A stretch of 63,997 bases of DNA, counting the filler, from an uncultured bacterium (GTDB taxonomy: Bacteria > CAYJOG01): NCBI GenBank assembly GCA_964371695.1. It is 11 parts of 11 records of this genome, joined end to end, with 100 filler letters (N's around TTAATTAATTAA, not from the genome) between each part and the next. Parts side by side here need not be neighbours in the genome. Positions count along the whole stretch, not along the records: positions 1 to 6,127 come from CAYJOG010000189.1; positions 6,228 to 12,226 come from CAYJOG010000190.1; 9 more parts are not named here. One strand, written 5' to 3'. This document shows, piece by piece, positions 1 through 11,707 of this stretch. Positions within the stretch are counted from its first letter, which is position 1, and each line of letters begins with the position of its first letter. The notes under the pieces are model-generated. The model had not been told where the DNA came from. It saw nothing but the letters and a program-made list of their open reading frames with translations, and ran no database searches. Both the position numbers and the translations under genes were made by a program.

Positions 1-1
1 C

Positions 2-3000
2 ACGAAGGGCGTTGCCATAGCGCATCTGCACCCCGCCGATGGTGACCATGGGTTGCAGGTCCATCACACCGCCGTTGGTGGCGTCGCTGAGGTCAAAGGA
101 GGCCAGACCGTTCTGGTCGGTGGTGCCATTTCCCACTGCCGCAATGTTGGCTCCGTTGGCGAGCAGGCCGCTGCCCGCCCGGCCAGCGGAGATGATGGTG
201 ACCGTAATCACGGCGGGCACATTGGGCGCAGCGTTGCCGAAAATGTCGTAGACGTAAATCTTGACCAGAGCCGAGATGCCATTGCCGCCGCCCAGCTTTT
301 TGGAGGGATCGTTGGGATCGGTGTCCGGCCCGCGAAGCATGGGCTTGACGCCCGCAGCGGTGGTGATGTCCTGTGTGGAGCCGTTGCTGGCCGCGCCGGT
401 GTTGGGCTTGATGGTGTTGGTGGCGGCGTCAAAACCGGCGATGTTCGCGGGGGTGTCCACGTCCACTGTCACGTCCACGTCCACACTGCTGGTGAGTGTG
501 CCGCTGGTGGCCACATAGGTGATGTCCGTGCCCGCCGTGCCCGGCGTGACGTTGGTGGTGGCCGAACCCGCCACAAAGGCCTGGGTGGCCCCCGGCGCAT
601 AGGCCGCCTTGGTGTCGTCGGTGGAACTCACCGTGACGTTGGAGGTTTCGGTGGTGATGGTGTTGTAGTAGGCGTCCGTGGCCTTGATGACCAGATTGAA
701 GCTCTGGCCGGTCTCGATGCTGGCGGTGGGGGTGCCAGATTTGCCGGAAGCCGAACCGGGCACCTGGGTTTCGCCGGTGAGCAGTGTGAGCACCTTGGTG
801 AAAGCCGCCGGGTTGGCGGTGGCGCTGCCCGCGCCGGTGACCGCGCCCACGGCGGCCCCCAGGGTGACGGTGCCCGCCACGCGGCTTTGCAGCGTGAGGG
901 TGGCCTGACCCCCCGCCACCTGCACGGTTTTGGTGCGGGTGGTGTTGGTGGGGCTGGCGTTGGTGCCGTCGCCCACAATCTGCCCCACGGTGGCCGCGGC
1001 GAAGTCGGGCAGCGACACGCTGCTGCCGTTGCTGGCCGTGACGGTGACCGTGGTGGCGTTGTCGGTGGTGAGGATGTTGCCGTTGGTGTCGCGCAGCACC
1101 AGACTCACGGTGCCGTTGGCGTCGGTGGCGAAAGCCGCAGTGGCGGTGATGGTGACCGAGGCCACGCCTCCGGGCGTGAAGCTGAGGGTAAGCGTGTTGG
1201 AGCCGCCCGCCAGAGCCGGGTTGGCGGTGGCGGTGAAGGCCAGTGAGCCGATGGAAAGCGAAGTGGCGTTGGTGCTGGCGATGCCCGCCGCAGTGTTCAC
1301 CGGGTTGGTGGTGTATTGGGCCGTGCCGCCGGTGGCCGCCAGGGTGACGGCATAGGGTCCGCCGGTGGTCACGAGGTTGCCGTAGGCGTCGGTGACGCTG
1401 GCGGAAATGACGATGTTGCTACCCGCCGTGGCGGTGGCCACCGGGCTGGTGAGGGTGATTTTGTTGCCCGCACCGGGTGTCACGTCCACGCTCATGCTCT
1501 GGTGGCCAGGGTTGGCTGCGGGCATGTTCTGGGGGAACACCACGGGGGCCACGGTGTTGGCGGTGATGACATATTTGGTGGTTCCGCTGGCGATGGTGCG
1601 GCCCCGGAACGTGATGTTGCCGGTGCCCGCCGCCAATGTGAGGGTGGCGCTTGAAGCCGGGTTCTGGACTACGCCGCCCACGCCCACGATGCCCGTGGTG
1701 CTGGCCAGTTCGCCCGTGGGGCCGCCGGTGATGGTGACCGTCACGGAGCGGGCGGCGTCCACACCGGTGGTGATGGTGTTGCCGTCGTTGTTTTTGGCCA
1801 CCACGTGCAGGGTGGTGTCGTTATCGGCGCTGATGGAAGCCGCAGCCGCACAGGCCCCGCCCGCCGTGGTGGAGAAACAGAGGTAATCCCCCGCGATGTC
1901 CACCGAGGCGGACACGTTTGCAAGGCCGCTGGTGAAGGTGAGCGCGAGGCCGGTCTTGTTGAGGTAATCCACCGGCGCGTCGGTGTCCACCTGCAGGTTC
2001 ACGATGTCCAGCACCGTGGCGCTGGTGGTGATGGTGAGCAGGTATCGCCCCGGCGTGGAGCTGGTGGCGAACGCGGTGGGGGCGCTGTAGGTGGCCCCGA
2101 TTTTGGGGAAGAAGTTGACGCTGGTGAGGTTGTTCACCGGCCCGGCGCCCGCTGCGCAGGCCGAGGTGGCGTCTGCTGTGGCGGCTGCCGAGCACACGTC
2201 CACCGTCACATTGGTGGTGAAGCCCTTGGCCTGCACCGCTGCGCCCTCGGCGGTGGCGGTGGGGGTGAGCAGGGCGGAATAGGGCGGGTCGTTGGGGCCG
2301 CCCAGTTCGATGGTGGTCTGGGTGGTGACGCCGGTGGTGACGCCGGGGTTGGCGAAGGCGGTGTTGGGGTTGCTGCCCAGCACCGAATCAATCACCAGGG
2401 CCGCCGTGCCCGCCGCAGCGGGGGCGAAATAGGCCACGTTGCCCACGGCCTCGGTGTAGGTGGCCCCGCCATAGGTGAAGGTGGGGAAGTTGGCCGTGCT
2501 CACCGTGATGGGCACCCCCAGGCTGGTGGCCATGGTGGCCTTGAGGGAATAACGCACATTGGCCTGGGTGAGCGCCGTCTGGACGTCGGTGTTGGCCGCG
2601 CGGTTGGTTGCGCCGGTGAGGGTGCCGGAGTTGGTGATGTAACCCGCCTTGGCCTGGAGCACGTTTTCGGCGGTGTCATCGGCCAGGGGCACGGCGCAGT
2701 AATACACGCCGCTGCTGGCGGGGGTTTCGGTGCAGGCGGTGTTGTTCGCACCCGCCGTGACCGTGGCGCCGGAATAGGCCAAGCCCGCGCCTTCGCGGGT
2801 AAGCGTGATTTTTTTGGAGGTCTTCACCGCTGTCAGGGCAAGACTGGTCTGGGCGTCGGTGGCGGCGGCGCGGTTGGTGGCCGTGGTGGCGGTGACCGCC
2901 GCTTTCACGTAACCATCCAGCGTCACCTGCATGTTTTCGCCCGCGTCGTCATCGGCCAGGGCCACGGGGCAATAAAACGCCGTGTTGCCGCCGTCCTTGA

Positions 3001-6000
3001 TGCAGTTCACCAGATTCGTGCCCGCGCTGAGCGTGGCGGCGGCGATGGCGATGGCCGTGCCCGCCTCGCTGGTGATGCCGGTGACCTTTTTGCTGAACTG
3101 CACATTGGTGGCGGTGAGCACCGTCTGGGCGTCGGTGTTGGCTGCGCGGTTGGCCGCGCCGCCGATGGTGCCGCTGTCGCCGTCGTAACCATCCACCGTG
3201 GCCACCACGTTTTCACCGGCGTCGTCGCCCGCCAGGGGCACGGGACAATAAGCCGTGGCCGCGTTGATGGTGCAGGTGACATTGCCAGCACCGGCGGTGA
3301 CCGCCGTGGGCGTGAGGGCGGCGGCGTCCACCTCGCGGGTGAAGGTGATTTTTTTGCTGAACCGCACATTGGTGTAGGTGAGCACGGTTTGGGGGTTGTT
3401 GTTGGCGCCGCGGTCAACTCCGCCAGCAGTGGTGCCGGAACCGGTGACGTAACCGTCCAGGGTCATGGTGATGGTTTCGGCGAGAGCATCCTCACCCACC
3501 GGCACGGGGCAATAAGCCGTGGCGCCGTTCATCACACAGGCCGTGCCTGGGGTTCCTGCAGTGACGGCGCTGGGGGTGATGACGCCAGCCAGTTCGTCGG
3601 CGAAGGTGATTTTTTTGGAGAAAGCCACGTTGCTGTAAGAGAGCACCGTCTGCGCATCGGCATTGGCGGCGCGGTTGGTGGAGCCATTGGTGGTGCCACT
3701 GTCGCTGTCATAACCGTCCATGGTGATCACCACGTTCTCGGTGGTGTCGTCTGCAATCACCACGGGGCAATAGGCCGCACCCGCGTTCAAGAGGCAGTTC
3801 ACGTTGCTGGCCCCGGCGGTGACCGCGCTGGGGGAAATCGCCGCGCTCAGCTCGTTGGCGAAAGTGATTTTTTTGGCGAACTGCACGCCTGTCACCGTGA
3901 CAAGGGTTTGTGAATCGGTCAGGGTGGCGCGGTTGGCCGCAGCCCCCGTTGTGCCGCTGTCGCTGTCATAACCGGCGATGGTGGGGACGACGTTTTCTCC
4001 GGCGTCATCGCCCGCCAAAGGCACGGGACAATAAGCCACGTTCGCGGCAATCACCGGACAGACCGTGTTGCCCACACCGGCGGTGACCGCCGTGGGGGCC
4101 ACGGGGGCGCTGTCCACCTCGCGGGTAAAGGTGATTTTTTTGCTGAACTGCACATTGGTGATGGTGATGACGGTCTGCGCATCGGCCAGCGCCGTGCGGT
4201 TGGCTGCGCCGCCGGTGGCGCCGCTGTCGCCGTCGTAACCATCCACCGTGGCCACCACGTTTTCACCGGCGTTGTCATCCAGAACGGGCACGGGGCAATA
4301 GGCCGTGCCCGCGTTGATGGTGCAGGTGACGTTGTTTGCGCCGGCGGTGACCGCCGTGGGCGTGAGCGCGCCGGCGTCCTGCTCGCGGGTGAGGGTGATT
4401 TTTTTGCTGAACAGCACGTTGGTGTAGGTGAGCACCGTCTGCGCGTCGGTCTGCGCGGCGCGGTTGGCGGCCCCGCCAGTTGTGCCGCTGTCGCTGTCAT
4501 AACCATCAATGGTCACCACGAGGTTTTCACCGGCGTCGTCCTGTGCCAGGGGCACGGCGCAATAGGCGGTTGCGCCATTCATGGTGCAGGCCACGTTGGT
4601 GCCGCCCGCCGTGACAGCGCTGGGGGTGATGACACCAGCCAGCTCGTTGGCGAAGGTGATTTTTTTGCTGAACTGGATGGCCGTGCGGGCCACCACGGTC
4701 TGGGCGTCGGTGTGGGCGGTGCGGTTGGCCGCGCCCACGGTGTTGCCGCTGTCGCCGTCATAACCATCGGTGGTGGACACCACGTTTTCACCGGCGTTGT
4801 CATCGGCCAGCACCACGGGACAATAGGCCGCGCTGGCGCTGAGGGTGCAGGCCACGTTGCTGGCCCCGGCGGTGGCCGCCGTGGGGGTGAGGCCCCCGCC
4901 CAGCTCGTCGGCAAAGGTCACTTTTTTGGAAAACTGAAGCCCCTTGAAGGTTTGGCCCGCGCCGGTGGGGGCCGCGCCCAGCGCAGAGCCCACCCCCAGG
5001 GTGAGCACCATCTGCTGGCTGTCTGAGGTGGTGACGCTGTTGAGGTTGGGGGTGTGGGTGGTGGCGATGTCGGCGTAACCATCCCGCTGAATGCTCAGCG
5101 CGCCGGTGGCCTCCACAGCCCAATAGGCCACGTTGGCCCCGTCGTTCTGGGTGGCGTTGCCCGCATTGAACTGGGCCTGGGCCATGCCCGCCACGGTGAG
5201 GTTGGTGCCCAGTTCGTCTGCCATGACCACCTTGAGGGGAAACTTGAACCCGCAGGCGTCGTTGGTGGCGGCCACGCAGGCCCCGGCGGCCTGGTCATAG
5301 TTCACGGTGACCTGACCGGTGGTGGGGGTGTCGTCTACGGTGACATCGTTGTTGACGTAGTTGGGAATGTTGGCCCGCAGTTGGGGCGTGCCGCCGCCGC
5401 TGTCATAGGCTTCGACATAAGCAAAGTTGGCGTCGGAGACGGGGGTGATCAGGCCGGTGGCGGCGCTGCCGGTGGCGGGGTCATACACCGCCAGATTACC
5501 GCTGCCAAACACCGTGAGAGCCCCGGCAACCGTGTTGCCCAGTTCGTCGGCCAAGTCGCCAGCGGCGATGGACACGCGGAAGTTTTCCAGCAACTGGTCG
5601 CCCGCCGCCACGGTAAAGGACATGCTGACCTGGGCGGTGGTGCCGCTGGGGTTGTAGGTGTTCACGCTGGTGCGGTTGTTGAAACCTTTGTATTGCAGGG
5701 TGATGGTGGCGGCCCCCAGGGTGTTGGGCGCGACAAACAGGTCGTTGCCCACGCCATAAACCCGCTGGTTCAGATCGGTGGGATTCATGGCGGTGTTGAA
5801 GGTGACACCCGCGATGCGGTTGGCGAAATCGCCAAAGCTCACCTCGCTGCTGTTGCTGGCGCGCTGGGCGCGGATTTTCAGCGCCGGTGTGAACTGGTCG
5901 CTCACCAGGGTGTTGGCCTGGGAGGGGTCAAAGCTCACGTTGGCCCGGTCGGTCATGCAGATGTCAGACCCCGGCAGGTTGGTGGTGCCCGAACAACTGT

Positions 6001-6127
6001 TGAGGAAGCCCGTGGCCGTCACCAGCGTGTCAATGTCGCCCACCAGATCCGCCGCCGTCACGCTGAACGCCAGCGCGGCGCTGTTCACCGATCCCGCGCC
6101 GGTGGCCAGGATGCAGGCTTCGCCGTC
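2..6127 (-). CDS. Giant repetitive surface/adhesin-like protein, partial at both ends (>2000 aa)
   Basis: Not in the ORF track because it has no stop inside the window. Manual translation in one minus frame reads DGEACILATGAGSVNS... at 6127, ...FSKKITLTRE... near 4400 and ...GGVQMRYGNALR at base 2. Thr/Ala/Gly/Asn-rich with Ig-like motifs (TDAYGN, RDTNGN). Spot-checked, not every codon. Confidence 0.85.
2780..4940 (-). repeat. About nine tandem ~260-bp (~88-aa) coding repeats
   Basis: (S/A)KK(I/V)T recurs near 2810, 3090, 3350, 3610, 3870, 4135, 4400, 4660 and 4920; units carry AYC(P/A)V and DGYD(G/S)DSG motifs. Confidence 0.85.
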
Positions 6128-6227
6128 NNNNNNNNNNNNNNNNNNNNNNNNNNNNNNNNNNNNNNNNNNNNTTAATTAATTAANNNNNNNNNNNNNNNNN
6201 NNNNNNNNNNNNNNNNNNNNNNNNNNN
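6128..6227. other. Artificial contig linker. Also at 12227-12326, 18317-18416, 24407-24506, 30496-30595, 36569-36668, 42636-42735, 48575-48674, 54569-54668 and 60511-60610.
   Basis: Identical 100-nt N-runs centred on TTAATTAATTAA (stops in all six frames); genes are truncated at these points. Confidence 0.98.
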
Positions 6228-7908
6228 CAATGGCCCCCTCCAGCCCCGCCGGGTCGGCCACGCGCTCGCCATAGGCCCCCATGGATCGGGCCAGCACGTC
6301 GAACTGTGTTTCGCCCAGGTCAGCGTTGATGGTTTCGTCTGGCCCCAGAGATTTCATCACCAAGGTTTTGAGCGGACGCAGGGCGAACTGCTGGTTCATC
6401 TTCACCATGCCCCACTGGCGGTCGCACAGCACCAGATAAATCACCGGCAGTTTGTTGCGCACCGCTGTTTCGATTTCCTGCGGGTGAAACCCCATGGCCC
6501 CGTCGCCGATGATGCAATAAACCTGCCGCTTGCCCACCGCCGCCTGCGCCCCCAGGGCCTGCGAAACACCGGCCCCCAACATGCCCATCTTGGCGGTGCC
6601 CAGCATGGTGTTGGTGTGGCGCACCTCGTGAAAAAAGTTGGCCCAGATGGCGGTGTTGCCGCCGTCCACCACCACCACGCTGTCTTCGGGGAAAACCCGC
6701 TGACACACCGCCGCCACGTGGGCGGGGTTCATGGGAGTGGCTTTGTCTTTGAGGTGTTTGTCCAGCTTGGCGCGGGTGGCGAGGCGTTCTTTTTTGATGC
6801 TGGCGACAAAGGCTTTTCTGTCTGCCGCGCCCGATGGTTTGCGGCCACTCTGAAAGTGCTCCAGCAGCGCCGACATGAACACTTTTACGTCCGCCTGCAC
6901 CGCCAGATCCGCAGACCGGTTGTTGCCCAGGGTGGTGGCGTCGGTGTCCACCTGAATGAACTTCTGCTCGCCGGGGCGGCCCCAATAGGGGGCCTTGCCC
7001 CACCAGTCCGTCTCACCCATGCGCGAGCCAAGGCACAACACGAGATCCGCCTGGGTGCGGGCCTTGTTCACCACTTCCACCAGGGGCATGGGCACGGCCA
7101 CGTCCAGGCGTTCATCCAGCGCGGCGCGGGCGCCCCAACTGGTGGTGACGGGGGCGTCCAGAAATTCCGCCAGGGCCTTCAGTTCTTCAAACGCCTGGGC
7201 GTGAATGACGCCCGAACCGACGTGAATCAAGGGCTTTTTGGCCGAAGCGATGAGCTTGGCGGCTTTGGCCACCAGGGCGGGGTCAGGATGAAGCGGCGTG
7301 GTGACGCGGTAACTCGCCGGGGGCCGGAACCACGCCGCGTTGGGGTCGTAATCGCCGTTGATGATGCTTTCGGGCACATCCAGATGCACCACGCCGGGGC
7401 GGCCCTCAAAGCTCGCCCGCAGGGCCTGACGCATGAGTTCGGCCACGCGGTCGGGGCTGGGCACGGTCACGCTCAGTTTGGTCATGGGGCGCGTGACTTC
7501 GGTGTGGGGAAAATACTGATAAGCCCCGCCCCGGTCGGGATGCACAATGCCCACCCGTCGGCAACTGGTGATGAGCAACACCCGGTTGCCCTCGGCGTTT
7601 TCCACCGCCACGCCGGGCAGGATGTTGGCCACCCCCGGCCCGTTGCTGGCGATGCACACCCCCAGCTTGCCCGTGAGGCGGGCATAGGCCCCGGCCATGT
7701 GGGCGGCGCTGGTTTCATGCCGTGGCGTAATCAGGCGAATGCCGTTTTTTTCCAGCGTGGAATAAAGGCCGAAATAGGTGCCGTCGATGATGCCGAACAC
7801 GTGTTTGACACCCTCGGCGGCCAACATGCGGCTCAAGATTTCTCCGCCCTTGATGGTGTTGGAAGGCAGAACCTTCTTGTCGAGTCCGAGTTCCTTGACG
7901 ATGCCCAT
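6228..7908 (-). CDS. Thiamine pyrophosphate-binding enzyme, acetolactate synthase-like family (3' truncated)
   Basis: RHE catalytic Glu, GPGVAN, GRPGVVHLDVP, GDGA TPP motif; SD AGGAGG upstream. Confidence 0.9.
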
Positions 7909-7937
7909 GATGACCTCCTGGTGTTGTTGTTGAAAAG

Positions 7938-8016
7938 AAGATAACCCGGATTTTCCGACTTGTCAACCAATCGGTTTAACCGTTCGGTTTACACGGGGGT
8001 CGGGGGCCGCTACACT
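7938..8016. promoter_or_regulatory. Divergent sigma70 promoters with a putative TetR operator
   Basis: Minus strand TTGACA(7966-7961)-N17-TATCTT(7943-7938). Plus strand TTTACA(7988-7993)-N17-TACACT(8011-8016). Two tandem imperfect palindromes AACCnnTCGGTT at 7965-7976 and 7978-7989 overlap both -35 boxes. Confidence 0.75.
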
Positions 8017-8022
8017 GCCCTC

Positions 8023-8697
8023 ATGGCCACGCGGCACACACGCAAGGAAAACCCCGACGCCGCCCGGCACATTTTGCAGGCCGCCGACGAACTGCTGGGC
8101 GAGCGGGGTTTTGACGGCGTGAGCGTGGCCGATATCGCCAGCCGGGCGGGCGTGAGCAAAATGATGGTGTTTTATTACTTCGGCAGCAAAGAGACCCTGT
8201 TTGAAAAAGTGCTGGAGCCTTATTACGCCGCTCACCTGAGCGCGCTGGAAGAAGCCTTTGCCCGCAAAGGCGCGCTTGAGGAACGCCTGCACGGACTGGT
8301 GGACGGTTATTTTGATTTCATCAATGAAAACCGGCGATACGCCCGGCTGACCCAGCAGATGGTGGCGGGCGACACCACCCACCACGCCCTGCTCCGGCGC
8401 AACATGGCCCCGTTTACCCAAGGCGTGTTGAAGCTGCTGAAAGAGGCCACGGCCCCCGATGGCCCTCTGGCGGCGCGGCAGTTTTTTGTGACGTTTTCGG
8501 GCATGGTCATCAACTATTTCACCTACGCGCCGGTGTTTGAGGGCCTGTGGAAAAAAGACCCCTTCTCACCCCAGGCCCTGGCCGAGCGTCGCGCCCACCT
8601 GCACTGGATGACCGACGCCATGCTGGCCAAACTGGCACAGGACAACGCCGCACCGACAAAACCCGCCAAGCCCCCGAAAAGAGGAAGGCAAGTGTGA
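8023..8697 (+). CDS. TetR/AcrR family transcriptional regulator
   Basis: HTH ILQAA...GFDGVSVADIASRAGVSKMMVFYYFGSKETLF; ATG 6 nt after the -10 box. Confidence 0.92.
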   Translation: MATRHTRKENPDAARHILQAADELLGERGFDGVSVADIASRAGVSKMMVFYYFGSKETLFEKVLEPYYAAHLSALEEAFARKGALEERLHGLVDGYFDFINENRRYARLTQQMVAGDTTHHALLRRNMAPFTQGVLKLLKEATAPDGPLAARQFFVTFSGMVINYFTYAPVFEGLWKKDPFSPQALAERRAHLHWMTDAMLAKLAQDNAAPTKPAKPPKRGRQV

Positions 8698-8904
8698 TGG
8701 CTTTTGTTTTAGCCGGACTGCCGCTTTCGCAAAAATGACACCGGGGGGCGAATAGGCATTTTTCTTTGTTGCCGATCCCCTTTGTTCCTGCGCCCCCGCT
8801 GTTCCCTCTCCCCAAAGGGGAGAGGGAACAATGAGGTCTTTTCTTTCGCCAACCGCCAGCTTCCAACCTCCAGCTTTCGCGGGAATGACGCCGGGGAAAA
8901 GATG

Positions 8905-10851
8905 CTACGCCTTGCCGTGGGCCAGTTTCTTGAGTACTTCGCGGTCTTCCAGCGTGGTGGTGTCGCCGGTGCTCTCGCGGCCCTCGGCCACGTCGCGCAG
9001 CAGGCGGCGCATGATTTTGCCGCTGCGGGTTTTGGGCAGGGCGTCGGCAAAATAAATGTCGTCGGGCCGGGCGATGGCGCCGATTTCTTCCGTCACGTGG
9101 GCGCGCAGTTCCTGGGCCAGTTTGCCGCTCTGTTTCTGGCTGGCCTTCAGCGTGACAAACGCCACCACCGCCTGGCCCTTGAGTGAATCCTGACGCCCCA
9201 CCACGGCGGCCTCGGCCACACCGGGGTGGCTCACCAGCGCGCTTTCCACCTCCATGGTGCCCAGGCGGTGACCCGCCACGTTCAGCACGTCGTCCACGCG
9301 CCCCATGATCCAGAAATAACCGTCTTTGTCCTGGTGCGCGCCGTCTCCGGTGAAGTAAATGCCGGGGAACTTGGAGAAGTAGGTTTCTTTGTAACGGGCG
9401 TGGTCGTTGAAGATGGTGCGCAACATGCTGGGCCAGGGTTTTTCGATCACCAGCAGACCGCCCGTGCCCTTTTTCACCTTGTTGCCTTCTTCGTCCACAA
9501 TGGCCGCCTCAATGCCCGGCAAGGGCAACGTGGCGCTGCCCGGTTTGGTGGGTGTCACACCGGGCAACGGCGTGATGAGAATGCCGCCGGTTTCGGTCTG
9601 CCACCAGGTGTCCACGATGGGGCAACGCTCTTTGCCAATCACGCGGTGATACCACATCCACGCTTCGGGGTTGATGGGTTCACCCACGGTGCCCAGCAGG
9701 CGCAGGCTGGAGAGATCGAACTTTTTGGGGTGCTGGTCTCCCCAGCGCATGAAGGCGCGGATGGCCGTGGGGGCGGTGTAGAACACACTCACGCCGTGGC
9801 GCTGGATGATCTCCCAGAATCGCCCCGGATGGGGATGGTTGGGCGCGCCTTCGTACATCACCGACGTGGCCCCGTTGCCGAGAATGCCATAGACCACATA
9901 ACTGTGGCCTGTCACCCAGCCCACGTCGGCGGTACACCAATAGGTGTCGTCGGGTTTCAGGTCAAACACCCAGCGGCTGGTGAGGGTGACATAAACCGCA
10001 TAGCCCCCCGTGGTGTGCACCACGCCCTTGGGTTTGCCGGTGCTGCCGCTGGTGTAGAGCACAAACAGGGGGTGTTCCGAGTCCAGCGCCTTGGGGGCGA
10101 CAAAATCCTTGGCATCCGCCACGGCGTCGTGCCACCAGATGTCCCGGCCCGCGTGCATTTTCACCTTGTTGTGGCAGCGGCGAAAAACCACCACATGCTC
10201 CACGGTGTGGCCCTTTTTCTTGAGGGCTTCGTCCACGTTTTCCTTCAGCGGCACCACCGCGCCGCGCCGCCAGCCCCCGTCGGCGGTGATGATGAGACGG
10301 GCGCGGGCGTCGTCGGCCCGGTCGCGGATGGCGTTGGCGCTGAAGCCGCCGAAAATCACGCTGTGGGTGGCCCCGATGCGCGCACAGGCCAGCATGGCGA
10401 TGGCCGCCTGGGGGCACATGGGCATGTAGATCACCACGCGGTCTTTGGGTTTGATGCCCAGCTTGAGCAGGGCGTCGGACATGCGGCACACCTGCCGCAG
10501 CAACTCGCGGTAGGTGTAAATCTCCACGTCGCCCGGCTCGCCTTCAAAAATCAGCGCCGCCTTGTTGCCCAGCCCCGCCGCCACGTGGCGATCCAGGCAG
10601 TTATAGGAGAGGTTGAGCTGTCCACCCACATACCACTGGGCGTCCGTCCCCTTCACGTTCAGCACCTTTTTAAAGGGCTTCACCCAATCCACCACGTGGG
10701 CCATGTCGCCCCAATAACGCTCCGGGTTTTCGTGGGCCAGTTTGCTCAGCCGGGCATATTCCGCAGGCCCCAGATTGGCCTGTTTGGCAAACTCCCTGGC
10801 GGGTTTGAAGACACGGGTTTCGTGAAGAATACTTTCGATGGCGGTGGACAT
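8905..10851 (-). CDS. acs: Acetyl-CoA synthetase
   Basis: [33 protein letters not shown]; 648 aa. Confidence 0.97.
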   Translation of the reverse strand: MSTAIESILHETRVFKPAREFAKQANLGPAEYARLSKLAHENPERYWGDMAHVVDWVKPFKKVLNVKGTDAQWYVGGQLNLSYNCLDRHVAAGLGNKAALIFEGEPGDVEIYTYRELLRQVCRMSDALLKLGIKPKDRVVIYMPMCPQAAIAMLACARIGATHSVIFGGFSANAIRDRADDARARLIITADGGWRRGAVVPLKENVDEALKKKGHTVEHVVVFRRCHNKVKMHAGRDIWWHDAVADAKDFVAPKALDSEHPLFVLYTSGSTGKPKGVVHTTGGYAVYVTLTSRWVFDLKPDDTYWCTADVGWVTGHSYVVYGILGNGATSVMYEGAPNHPHPGRFWEIIQRHGVSVFYTAPTAIRAFMRWGDQHPKKFDLSSLRLLGTVGEPINPEAWMWYHRVIGKERCPIVDTWWQTETGGILITPLPGVTPTKPGSATLPLPGIEAAIVDEEGNKVKKGTGGLLVIEKPWPSMLRTIFNDHARYKETYFSKFPGIYFTGDGAHQDKDGYFWIMGRVDDVLNVAGHRLGTMEVESALVSHPGVAEAAVVGRQDSLKGQAVVAFVTLKASQKQSGKLAQELRAHVTEEIGAIARPDDIYFADALPKTRSGKIMRRLLRDVAEGRESTGDTTTLEDREVLKKLAHGKA

Positions 10852-10932
10852 GGGCGGATTATAAGAGATTCGGGCAAAACTGGTTTTGTTGGCGACTCTT
10901 ACTCAAAAAGCAGGGCCGCAGGCCCCGCCTTG

Positions 10933-10957
10933 AACCCCCCTTTGGTTTATGGGGGGC
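10933..10957. terminator. Hairpin, possible terminator of the tRNA-repeat transcript
   Basis: CCCCCC-tttggtttat-GGGGGG immediately after the last repeat; lacks a clear U-tract. Confidence 0.35.
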
Positions 10958-10958
10958 T

Positions 10959-11238
10959 GTCGGGGCGACAGGATTTGGCCTTCTTGGCCTCGCCCTCCTG
11001 GCTCGGCCAGCCGGGCCAGCCTGCGCCGCTTTCGGCCCATCCTGGGCCTCACCGCTTTGCGGACGCGGCTCCGGTTCAAATCCTGTCTTATGAAATTTGT
11101 CGGGGCGACAGGATTTGGCCTTCTTGGCCTCGCCCTCCTGGCTCGGCCAGCCGGGCCAGCCTGCGCCGCTTTCGGCCCATCCTGGGCCTCACCGCTTTGC
11201 GGACGCGGCTCCGGTTCAAATCCTGTCTTATGAAATTT
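10959..11238 (-). repeat. Two identical 140-bp tRNA-linked repeats (RtT/TLR-like)
   Basis: 10959-11098 = 11099-11238. GTCGGGGCGACAGGATTTG (tRNA 3' end) occurs at 10959, 11099 and 11239. Confidence 0.92.
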
Positions 11239-11239
11239 G

Positions 11240-11313
11240 TCGGGGCGACAGGATTTGAACCTGCGACCCCCTGCTCCCAAAGCAGGTGCGCTACCAGGCT
11301 GCGCTACACCCCG
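11240..11313 (-). tRNA. tRNA-Pro(TGG)
   Basis: Cloverleaf CGGGGTG...CCTGC-TT-TGG-GA-GCAGG...GGTTCAAATCC...CGCCCCG-A; CCA not encoded. Confidence 0.96.
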
Positions 11314-11370
11314 AAATGTTTGTCATGACTTTAAAGCCGTTCACCACGCTTTCTGCCATTTTTCAGGCTA

Positions 11371-11703
11371 TCACATCCCACCTGGGTCGTGGGACAGCAT
11401 TTCCGGATAGATACACACACCTTCGCGGGCGATTTTTTCCTTCAGCCGGGTGTTGTGAATGCGGTCAGCGCGGACCACATCGAACTCGTAGATAAGGGGA
11501 GCCTCGTCCAGGGCGTCGGTGAGATCCAACCATTGGTCGGCGGTGGCGTCTGGCGCTGAAATGGCAAGGTCGATATCCGAAGCGCGCCGGGCGTGGCCAG
11601 TGGCGCGGGAACCAAAAACGCGCACTTCACGCACCCATGGAAAACGGCCAAAGGTGTGCCGGAGTGCGGCGAGGTCCTGGTCACGCAGGGCGAGTCGCTT
11701 CAT
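11371..11703 (-). CDS. mntA: Minimal nucleotidyltransferase (MNT) antitoxin
   Basis: FGSRA...SDIDL (GSx10DxD) motif; ATG 4 nt after the HEPN stop. Confidence 0.88.
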   Translation of the reverse strand: MKRLALRDQDLAALRHTFGRFPWVREVRVFGSRATGHARRASDIDLAISAPDATADQWLDLTDALDEAPLIYEFDVVRADRIHNTRLKEKIAREGVCIYPEMLSHDPGGM

Positions 11704-11707
11704 GGTT

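Noticed and set aside
2780-4940. Recurring A6-A7 tracts as slippage or phase-variation sites
   Set aside because: Explained by Lys-Lys-Ile/Val codons in each repeat; the frame was preserved where checked
53-6175. Long plus-strand ORFs (e.g. 53-1246, 1805-3913)
   Set aside because: Antisense shadows of the minus-strand giant gene, produced by high-GC codon bias
10959-11257. CRISPR array or prophage attL/attR at the tRNA
   Set aside because: The sequences between the 19-nt repeats are identical rather than unique spacers; there is no cas gene, integrase or cargo
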